Positions 50,001 through 62,000 of a stretch of DNA of 64,000 nt are shown piece after piece. This stretch comes from Chrysomallon squamiferum (lineage: Eukaryota > Animalia > Mollusca): assembly GCA_012295275.1 (NCBI GenBank), contig CM022665.1, positions 3,286,001 through 3,350,000 of the forward strand. The letters are read 5' to 3'. The notes below the pieces were generated by a model, which was not told where the DNA came from, searched no databases, and was given only the letters and a program-made list of their open reading frames with translations. The position numbers and the translations under genes are program-made. Position 1 is the first letter of the stretch; each line of letters starts with the position of its first letter.

Positions 50001-53000
50001 TTTCTTCCTTGAAGTGCTGGTCTTTAGAACGTTGATGGTCTTGTTGTTTTACTAACTCTGCCTGCAAGTTATCTTGCTCTTTCTGAAGTTCTTCATTTTT
50101 CACTTTAAAACTTTTCAGCTTTGCCAGCATTTTTTCGTTCTTTATTTCTATAACCTGCAGTTTATTTTTCAGCTTATCATGGTCGGTGAGCAAGTCATGG
50201 TACTTTTTCTGAATATTTGACAGTTCTTCTTGTGTTCGCTCGTTCACAACAGAAGAATCTTCACCTGACTGTCTTAATGTCTCATGCTCAAGTTTAGATG
50301 CAACTTCTGCTACAAACATCTTTTCAGATATCGGTACTTTTTCAGAAACTGCAATTCCTGAATCAGATACTGAAATTCCTGAAGTATTCAATTCTGATAA
50401 ATGTGACAGTCTAATTTCTAACTGTTCCTTTTCTTGCTTAAGTTGATTATTTTCTTCTTTGATGATTTCAAATTTCTTTTGCAAATTTTTATACTGACCA
50501 GAAAGTTTTTCAGCATGTACCTGCAACTGTCTGCTTTCTTCCCTTGCTTCCTGCTCTCCAAACTGAGCATCTGCAACACTGCGCTCGAAGCCAGCAATCT
50601 CTCCTTGCAAAGTTTCAACTTCAGACTGAAGAATTTCTCGCTCTGATTCCATTTCATTTAATTTGGTATATAAACTTTCCAGAGAATTCTGCAAGTCTCT
50701 GATAGAAATCTGCATATTCTGAATGGTTTCAGCCTGAGCATCACATTCAGCTTTCAGATAATTCTTTTCAGCTTCCAGTTCATTCTTTTCTGAATTCACA
50801 TTTTCTAACAAAAGTTTTAAACTTTCACAATTAGGACACTCTTTACTTTCTTCAGCCTGTTGACTTTCATTCTCTGATTTTTCTATCTGAATACTATCAG
50901 CAGAATTCTTTTCCTTAAGTACTGATACTTCCTCTTGCAGTGTAGCAACTTGTTGTTCTAGATGTGAATTTTCTTCCTGAATGTCTGCAAGCTCTTTTGT
51001 AAGCTCATCAAATGAAATCTTTGATTTTTCTAACTGTTCTTTACTTTCTTTGTGTTCATCACACAGAGATGAATATACATTATTCATTTCTTCAAGTTTG
51101 TTATTAAGATCAATTATCTTAGCATGACATTCATTATGGTTTCCACATTCACTGTTTATTCTTTGTAAAGAAGTCTGCAGTTTTTCGTTTGTTTCTTGCA
51201 AAAATTTTATTTCTTCATTACGCACATTTAGATTCTTCTGTAAGTCCTGTATTTGAGTAACGAATGAAACAGTTTCCTGTTTTAAAACTTCTCTTTCTTT
51301 CAAAGCATTCTCATAACTGAGTTTGATGTCTTCTGTTGCTTTCTGTAATGTGGATAAATCTAGCTGAAGTTTTTGAATTGTGGCTTCTTGGTCTTTGTGA
51401 TGTTGCTGGTAATCTTTTAAAGCTTCCTCTGATTGTTTCAAAGCTTCTTCTTTTGACTCAACATTTTTTTCTAGTAACTTCATTTTGTCTTCAATAATTA
51501 ACAACTGTTCAACAAATTCTTCTCTTTCTAAAGCAATCTGTTCAGATGACTTAAGAGATTCTGTTAAACTTTCTATTATATTATTCTTTTCATTCAGATC
51601 GTCTTCAAGGCGTAACATGGCTTCGGTTCTGGCCATCAACTGAACAATTGATTCTTCTCTTTCAGAAACAGATTGTTTATAGAAATCAACAGCCCCTTGA
51701 AGTTCCTGAATTGTCTCGTTTAGGTCTTTCACTTGAAGATCTTTCATTGCTGTCATTTCAGATTTTTGAATCTCCATATTATTTAACTGTTTCTTCAAAC
51801 TCTGGTGCTCCTCGGTCAAGTTCTCAATACGACTTGACAGTTCAACATTTTCTTCCTTAAGCTTTTTTATTTCAGAGTCTTTCTGTCCAATCTGATACTC
51901 AGTAGCATGACATGTTTCAGTCAGTGACTGAACCTGACCCTGTAGCTGTTGAGAGTATTCTAAATATGTCTGCATCTGCTCTTCCAACTCTTTCACTTTC
52001 ACAGATTCATCTGTGGGTGTTGTTTCAGTAGATTCAGACTGTTTTGTTAGCCTTTCTATTTCCTCTTTGAGATTTTTCTCTCTCTGTTTAGCTTCATCTA
52101 GTTCTGAAGACACTTGACTCAGTTTTCCTTCAGACTCTTGTAACTGAAGCTTCAACTTCTTAACTGTGGCTAGAGCTTTCTTTGCTGTCAGTTCCCGAGA
52201 TTCAAGAAGTCTCTGAGTTTTTTCCAATTTAGCAGCTGATTCTTCGAGTTCTGATTCAGAAATCTGACCGATTCTTTCTTCCAGCTCTTGCATGTTTTCC
52301 AACAAAGATGTTATTTTGGTATCTTTTTCGTTGCATTTTTCAGTTAATTCTGCAATATGTTTCTGAGACTGGTCATAGAGTGACTGCAGATTAACAATGT
52401 CATCGGCTTTATTGCGTAATTGTTCACTAATGTGTTGAGTTACTTCTATCATTTCTTTTTCCTTTTCACTGAAACTACTTTTCAAGTTTTCAGCTGCAGA
52501 ATTTTCAGCTTCTAATGCTTCCTCAAGACTTGTCACTCTGGCTTGAAACTCTACCTCAGCATCTAATTTAGCCTGCAAAGTGTCTTCCAGTGTTTTCACC
52601 TGATCTACCAATAATTTTTCCCTTTCAGAAGAACCAATCTGAAGTGCCTCAAACGATTTTGTCATTTCTTCGAGTTGAGTTTGAATGAATCTGTTTTCAG
52701 CATTTAATTTACCAACTTCTTGTGTTTTTTCTTGCAGTTCATTGTCCAGTTTTTGTGCTTCTTCCATAATACTCTGATGCTGATCAGATGAACCAGACTG
52801 AAGACTCTCGACAGTCGTATTTGCCATTTCTAGTTGTCTTTCAAGATTCTCAACTTTAGCCTTCCACATAGTTTTTTCTTGCTGCATTTCTTCCAGAGAC
52901 CTGGCAACATCTTCCAGTCTTGCTTCAGAAGATACCAGTTTATCTTGTAGTGCATCTTTTTCTTCTTGAAAACTATCCTGCTGAGATTTCAGTTGAAGAT

Positions 53001-56000
53001 TCAGTTCCTCCACTGACTGCTTCAGATTATCCACCTACAAGATAAGAAATATCAAATCATTAAGTCATCAAACCTTTGACACACACACATATATATATTA
53101 AACTTGTTTTATGTACATTTATGCTAGCATTTATTATAATAAAAAATAAGTCATTTTCTGAAACAAAAATAAAAAAAAAAAGACAAAGGAAAAATGTTTG
53201 TTTCAAATATCATGTCAATTAAACAAACAAAGTAAAACTGGAAATTTAAATTCAGGTAGTTTTACATATGCACACATACCAATATATATCAACATTTTGA
53301 ATTTTAAATGATTTTATGATTGTCTTTTTTTTTCTTTTTTTTTTTAAAAAGAAAAAAAAAAAGAAAAAAAAAAATGAAGAAAAATCAATTCAGATGATTA
53401 CAGTTACATCAGTTTGTTTCAAGTGGATCTGAAACTAACTACTGTAAGTAATATAAATACTTATTAATTAATACTAATATACTGCTCGCAAAGAATAATA
53501 CCTGAATCAACTGTATTTATTTAGCTTGAAATATTTCTATCAGTGAACCTTTTAATAAATTATTAACAAACAAATTCTAAAACTATTTGTATAAAGCAGT
53601 ATGTTATTTTGTTTGTTTATTTATTTATTGTTTTTAGAATTTTATAAATATAATGCTAAAAAATAGATTAATATGTTTGTATGGTTCAAGGTAAACATAT
53701 ATACTTGTAAATATGAAACTAATATACAGTTAATAAATATATACACGGAGATGTACAAGGCTATACTGATATTGATTATAGATTACCATATGTTGCAGCG
53801 GTTATATAAACAGACTGTTACTGGAGTTTAATGTTAACAGTGCTGAATAATAAACTAGTGAGGTCAAACAAAGTTATAGTGTCCTTTCAGTTAAATGTGT
53901 ATAAAATAAAAAACAAGAAGTGGAAATATTCATATTAGTGTAATATAACTTCAAATTGTGATTTTTTATTTATATTTTATCTTTTTATAAATATTAAAAA
54001 GAAAATATGTGTAAATCTGAACTAGCTGTAAACTATATCTCCATGCAAAACAATATGGTTAGCAGAACAGTGTGTATCTTAAACTTGTATAAAAATTCAA
54101 TAATTAAATTTAAACATAAAGAAAGTATTTTTATGTAAATTATCACAATTCACGTACTGAAACAGAATGTAATGTTATATAAAAATATCAAATATCTAGT
54201 TATAATAAAATAAAATTATAAATGTTAACTCTGAAAGACAGTTATTTATTCTGTTCTGCTGTCATGAAAAAAAAAACGCTTATGAAAACATTCATAATGT
54301 GGAAATGTGTGCACGAACTATGGTAACTTATTTTATAATAATAATAATAAATAAAAAAACCCAACATGATACTACTAATAACATACATTTCTACAATAAT
54401 ACGCTTTCTACCTAAAATGGATTAATAAAAATATTATAATTTGTCTATCATCTCGAAATTGTTACTTGGATACTTTTGATTACTAAGTTAGATTAACATT
54501 AAAGTGGTAACACGATAAAACAAAGCTTCCCAAAACAAAGCCTCTATTATCTATATTATATTGTGAAGCAGCAGCTGGCAAAGCAAAGAACAGTATATAG
54601 TGTTAGTAGTGAGCAAGGCATGTTAGACATTTTGAATATTAAAACATGATTATATTCAGCTTTCTCCTCTTCATCTTACTTGTTCATCCTTTTCTTGGTT
54701 TTGCTCCCTTAACCTCTCAAGATGAGACAACACAGTTACATGTTCTTTTGATTGCTGTTCAAACACAGTTTGTTGTTCTTCATGCTGGCTCTGAAGCTGT
54801 TTTATCTGCAGTTGTAACACAGCTATTTCATGCATGTTTTCTTTAGTTTTAGCTTTTGTTTCATTACTAAGAGAACATGACAGCTGTTGCTCATCCATTA
54901 TAGAGTGTCCATATTCAAGGGGGACAACTTGATCACTGACTAAATTCTCACTGCATACAGCCACAGTATTTTCTGTAACACTAGCCAACTTCAGTTGACT
55001 TTCAGTATTGACATTTTGTGATACTAGAATATCCGGTGAAAGTATTTCTGAAGATGTCTCTTTATCAATATTCTTATTTAACTGCTGACACATAATTTCT
55101 TTTTCTTTTAGCTTTTCATTTAATAAATCAATCATCTTTTGGTGTGATTGTACAGAAAATTCTTTTTCTCTGATTGTGGCTTCGGCATTTTGTTGGTGTT
55201 TCTCTGCTCGATCTAACAAACTTTTATAATTCTCTATCTGTTCCACAAAATAGTTTATTTCATCAGTTTTTGATCTGTTGTCTGACACAAGTTGATCAAT
55301 ATTGTCCTGCAAGTGAGTAACTGTGGAAACATTTTCAGTTTCCATTTCTGCTGTTATTTTCTCAAGATTTTGTTTGATCAAAGTTAGTCTGTTTATCACA
55401 GACATGTTTTCAGTGACCTGTTGTTGTAAGCATTTGATACGGTCCTCCAACTGCAGCACTATCTCAGACTTCTGCTGCAGTGCAATCTCTAAGGAATGTA
55501 AAGAAGTATGCATGGCATCCAAATCAGCCTGTTTAATCTCAGTTTGGATTAATTTGTCCTCCTTCTTCTGGTTAAGCATCTGTTTCAGCTGGTTCTCAGC
55601 CAGTAAGGTGCTGTTTAGCTCACACTGTGTCATTTCAAGTCTTTCCGTGATCATTTTCAACTGTTCTGAAGCAGACTCACAGTGGGCTGTCATTTTAACT
55701 AAATCTTTATTGATATGTGCTATCTTGGCATCTTTCTTTATTAATCTTTTTTGAAGTGATTCATTTTCCTTTTTTAATTCTGCCATGGACTTTTCATACT
55801 GAGCACATTTTTCAGTTAGCAGTTTCATTTCAGTAACCAAACTCTGGTTCTGTGTAACCAAGTTGTTAGCCACAGAATCTGCATACTGACAATGTTGTTG
55901 TAACTGTAGTACTTGCCTCTCATATTCTTCATTCTGCATTTTCACAGTGCACAACTCACTGTTCAAACATCTGTTAGTTTCTGTCAATAGCATTATTTTG

Positions 56001-59000
56001 TTTTGCAGTTCTGACACTTCTGCACTTAATGACGTGTGAGGTTCATCAGTTTGCTTTGCTGTCCCTGCAAGTTCAGCTTCTAACTGATCCACTTTCTTAT
56101 TGCTTTCTTCAAGTTGCTGAGCTACTTTCTGTAAATTGTCATTTGCTTGTTTTAACTGCTTTGCAATGACTAGAGCTCTGGCCTCTTTCTTCTTTAAAAG
56201 CTTTTTAATTTTAGACATTTCATCGGACAAACTTTCTTTTTCTTTGGTTTCTGTGCTTGAGGTATGTGATGAGCTGGCAACTACAGTTTCTGAAGTCTGA
56301 TCAGGAGAATATTCAGATTCATTGTGACTTATTTCAGTATCCGATCTTTCATGTTGTAATTCTAAATGTTGCATCTCCTGCCAGCTCAGACCACCAATAT
56401 TTCCTGAACTTGTACTTGACCTATCATAATTTTCCCATGCATCAGATTTTCCATCCCACTGTCCATATCCTCTTGGAGAAAGTATTTGCTCAGTTCTGGA
56501 ATAATCTGGCATTTGTCTGCTGTAAGAATGCTGCTGCATATCCCAGGTCCTTCTATCACTTTCAAATTCACTCTGCTGATAATATGAACATATTGCATTG
56601 GTGTACTGAAGTTCATCTTCTAAAACAGCAACCTGTTCTCTCAATATCTCAATTCGTGAATTCTGCACCTCAATGATATGTTCTTTTGATTTCAGTTCTT
56701 CAGATTTCCTGTTCAGTTCAGTTTCGAGAGCTTGGTATTTACTTGGAATGTTACCATCACATTCATTCGACTGATTTAATGTCAGTTGTGCTATATCTTG
56801 TTTATTTGTCATTATGATATTTTCATATTTATACTTTGTATCACTGAGGAGTGCATGCAGTTGGATAATTTCTCTATCTTTTTCCTCTACAAGATCTTTC
56901 ATCACATTCACTTCAACTTTCAAGGCTTCTTTCTCCTGAAATAATCCACTGTGGAAGGCTTCTGAGAAATGAGGATCAAGCCTTTCTTCCAAGGTCTGCT
57001 TTTCCAATTTCATCTCCTGAAGTTCTGTTTCAAGTTCATTTATGGTTTTAACAAAGTCGTTTATTTTCAATTCTTTATCATCGAGTGATTTTAAAAGATC
57101 ATTTTTATCCCTTGATAGTATTTCTATTTTTTCTAATAACGATTGTGTGTGAAGAACTTTATCTGAAAGACAAGCTACCTGAACATTTCTTTCTTCCAGT
57201 AATGCTTTCAACTGCTCAGTCACCTTATCACTTTCTGAAAGACTCCTTTCACCATCTCCTTCTTGTGACTGTACAAGCTCCACTTTGTGCTCTGACATCT
57301 GCTGCTCCTTTTCCTGTAAAAAAAGTTGTAATTCACAACTCTTCCCTATTTGATTAAACATTTTAGAATCATATTTTGATAATTGTTTATAATTTTTAAT
57401 GTATAGCATAATAAAATGACACCACCTATAATATTAGTAATTTTCTCTTAATGAATTTATGTGGTGAAAGTGTTTAATATGAAGTTTAAAAAGGCAGTTT
57501 AATTTTGTTTTTAGTATCTGAAACTGATTTTGCTGTATTTATATTTCTTTCACTCTTATAAATTATGTCTTCTAAACTTTTATGCTGATAATTGTTATGT
57601 ATTTTGTTGACAGCTTTAGTTGTTCATCAATAGTTGTAATTTTCTATGATATTTAGTTTTAAATCTCAAAAGTAATAAAAGTTCATTCTTGTCATGGATA
57701 TTACAAACTGATTTCACAGGAATCTTTCTTTTCTTTCTTTTCAAAATATTATTGTTATTGTTATTGTTATTATTATTATTATTATTATTACTATTATTAT
57801 TATTATTATTATTACTAAATTATCTGTGCTTATCTTTCAGTTTTATTAAACTGAATTTAATTTCTGTCACATTCTTCTTTGAACATAGACTGCAATCTAT
57901 TTTAGAATTGTATCAGTTTCTTCTGCCAAATAGTGTATTTTGTTTACTGTAATGTTGAGATTGGTTAGCACTTGTAAACAACAAATTATTAGCTATTTGT
58001 TATTATCTAACAATTTCAGAATTAATTTCAAATGACCTGATACTGACCACAACCTATCAACAGACTACAAAACTATTTAAATTTTTAATATTTTCAAACA
58101 AGCAATGATCTAGAACATAGTCTTCTGTCTGGAGCCTGTGTTTGTCCTTCTGAAAATGATTTATTTCAGAGGTGTGCTCACTAAGCTCCTCTTCTGAAAA
58201 GATGTTATCTTTCTGTATTAATACCTCTTGATTTTGGCTTCCATTAGATGCATAAACAACCACCTCACTCTTTTCTGGACTTTCATTCTGTGATTCTCTT
58301 TCTGCTGATCTTAATATGAGTCTGTTCTGCTGTTTCATAGCTTCGCCATCCTTTTGAATGAAGTGTTCTTGTATACGTAACTTCTCTTCAATTAACCTCT
58401 CATAAGATATTTTCATTTCAGCAAGTTCACTATTAATAATGTTCCTTTCTTGAGTCAGTTCCTGAATATTAATTTCATTCTCATCAACTTTAGACAGCAA
58501 ATCCTTTATCTTCCTTGTGTTTTCATCATTTACAGTTACTAACATTTCTAGCTGAGAACTCAGTTCACCTTTCTCACTTTCATATGAATTTGATATTGCC
58601 TGTTGCTTCTCCTCTACTGTCTTTTCTAAAGACCTTTGCTCTGACAGAAGATGTTCTATTTTTCCTGTCAGCTCCGCAATCCTGTTTTCATATGAATTTG
58701 AAAGTTCAGAAATCTGTCTATTCAGATCAGAATTCTTTTCCTCTAATATTTTTACATCAGATTCTAACTGGGAACAACTTTCACTTAAATTATCTTTCAG
58801 TGTCTGAAGGTGTTGAAGTTTAGCTTCCAGTTCACAACACTGGCTAGAAATTTGTTCTTTTTCTTCTGTCAAATTTTCCAATTTATGTTTAATACTTACA
58901 CAGATTTCCCTTTCGACTGTCAAGTCATTTGCCAGAGAAGAGCACTGGTCTTCAAGATGTGCACATTTCGTTGTTAGTTTTTGTTTTTCTTCATTCAGCT

Positions 59001-62000
59001 TCTGAATGTGTGTTTCAAGACCAGAACACTTTTGATTCTGATCAAAGAGCTCAGCAGTGATCATTTCAATCTGACCATTTTTATCAGTGCACTGATCTTT
59101 ATACTCTGTTAATTCAGAGTTAATTTTAACCATTTTCAGTTCTAGCGACTGAATCATTTCTTCAGAGATTGCTGTTTTGGATTTCAATTGATCCAAATTA
59201 TCTTTCAAAGATTTTATTTGTGCATCTTTTTCCTCTAAAACAATCTGCATCTTTGAAGCATCAGAAAGTTCAGCCTGTAGTAATTCAAGCTGGTCAGAAA
59301 ATCTCTGAGTCTCTGACTTTGATTCCTGTACCAACTTTTCTAATTTTGCTGTTTCCTCTTTCATTGAAACATTCTGGTTTTCAATGTTGTGGCATTTCTC
59401 TGACAACCTGGCCAACTCTTCTATTTTCTGGTTCAATTCATCTTGAAACATCTGCTTTTCTGAAGTTAACTCAGTTAATTTAGAATTCAGCGTGTCTGAA
59501 TTTGTTTTCATTACACTAAGTTGACTTGTCAGATCTTCAGTCATCTTTTCCTGCTCTGCTAATTTTGTAGACAAATTTTCTACTTGACTTTCAAATAAAC
59601 TGACCTTTTCGTCTTTTTCACTGATCTCCTTTTTGAGATATTCTGCATCACCAAGCAACTGTTCATACTAGCCCTTTAGTTTTGTTATGGTCTTCCTTTT
59701 CTTTATTCAGATCAGCTTCTAAACATTTTTGCTTATCACACAGTGATTTTATTTCTGTCTGGGCTGCATTATTTTGAGTATTTGCCATTTCTAGTTCATG
59801 CTCAACATCTCGTAATGACTTTGAAATATTTTCAATCAGTTTCTTCAAATTATTTTCACTTTCTGACAGATCTTTGTTTTTATTAGAGAGCTGATTGATT
59901 TCATCGGACATGTCATCTTTGGTTCTAGATAGTGTTTCTCTCAACTGTGATAGTTCATATTCCACAGTTTGTTTTTCTGTCAGAGCTTCGCCAGCAAAGA
60001 TTCCTTACACGCTACTAATTCATTCAGTCTGTTGACCTCAACTTGCAAGCTTGCATTACAAGATTCACTTTTATTCAAACGTGTTAAAAGATCCTGCTTT
60101 TCTGATGTTAACTCTGTGACAGTATCCTTCTCTTTGTTTAGAATCTGGACAGTTTCATCCAATTTACAAAAATTAGTTCTTTGTTTTCTGATGTCAGACT
60201 GGCTACTGTTTCGTTTGTGAACAATGTTGGCTTCTTTCTCCACGCTCAGCCAGTCACTCAGATTACTTACTTGTGTTTGAAGATTTTCAATTTCATTTAA
60301 GTGAAGGCTCAGCTTTTCTCTGTGCACTTTGATCTCGTCTGTCAAATTTTCATTTTCATGAAAGAGATCCTTCTTACTTTCATTCAAATTTGCTATTTCC
60401 TGTTGCTTCTCCTCTACTGTCTTTTCTAAAGACCTTTGCTCTGACAGAAGATGTTCTATTTTTCCTGTCAGCTCTGCAATCCTGTTTTCATATGAATTTG
60501 AAAGTTCAGAAATCTGTCTATTCAGATCAGAATTCTTTTCCTCTAATATTTTTACATCAGATTCTAACTGGGAACAACTTTCACTTAATTTATCTTTCAG
60601 CGTCTCAATGTGCTCAAGTTTAGCTTCCAGTTCACAACACTGGCTAGAAATTTGTTCTTTTTCTTCTGTCAAATTTTCCAATTTATGTTTAATACTTACA
60701 CAGATTTCCCTTTCGACTGTCAAGTCATTTGCCAGAGAAGAGCACTGGTCTTCAAGATGTGCACATTTCGTTGTTAGTTTTTGTTTTTCTTCATTCAGCT
60801 TCTGAATGTGTGTTTCAAGACCAGAACACTTTTGATTCTGATCAAAGAGCTCAGCTGTGATCATTTCAATCTGACCATTTTTATCAGTGCACAGATCTTT
60901 ATACTCTGTTAATTCAGAGTTAATTTTCTCCATTTTCAGTTCTAGCGACTGAATCATTTCTTCAGAGATTTCTGTTTTGGATTTCAATTGATCCAAATTA
61001 TCTTTCAAAGATTTTATTTGTGCATCTTTTTCCTCTAAAACAATCTGCATCTTTGAAGCATCAGAAAGTTCAGCTTGTAGTAATTCAAGCTGGTCAGAAA
61101 ATCTCTGAGTCTCTGACTTTGATTCCTGTACCAACTTTTCTAATTTTGCTGTTTCCTCTTTCATTGAAACATTCTGGTTTTCAATGTTGTGGCATTTCTC
61201 TGACAACCTGGCCAACTCTTCTATTTTCTGGTTCAATTCATCTTGAAACATCTGCTTTTCTGAAGTTAACTCAGTTAATTTAGAATTCAGCGTGTCTGAA
61301 TTTGTTTTCATTACACTAAGTTGACTTGTCAGATCTTCAGTCATCTTTTCCTGCTCTGCTAATTTGGTAGACAAATTTTCTACTTGACTTTCAAATAAAC
61401 TGACCTTTTCGTCTTTTTCACTGATCTCCTTTTTGAGATATTCCGCATCACCAAGCAACTGTTCGTACTGCCCTTTAGTTTTGTTATGGTCTTCCTTTTC
61501 TTTATTCAGATCAGCTTCTAAACATTTTTGCTTATCACACAGTGATTTTATTTCTGTCTGGGCTGCATTATTTTGAGTATTTGCCATTTCTAGTTCATGC
61601 TCAACATCTCGTAATGACTTAGAAATATTTTCAATCAGTTTCTTCAAATTATTTTCACTTTCTGACAGATCTTTGTTTTTATTAGAGAGCTGATTGATTT
61701 CATCGGACATGTCATCTTTGGTTCTAGATAGTGTTTCTCTCGACTGTGATAGTTCATATTCCACAGTTTGTTTTTCTGTCAGAGCTTCGGCCAGCAAAGA
61801 TTCCTTACACGCTACTAATTCATTCAGTCTGTTGACCTCAACTTGCAAGCTTGCATTACAAGATTCACTTTTATTCAAACGTGTTAAAAGATCCTGCTTT
61901 TCTGATGTTAACTCTGTGACAGTATCCTTCTCTTTGTTTAGAATCTGGACAGTTTCATCCAATTTACAAATTAGTTCTTTGTTTTCTGATGTCAGACTGG

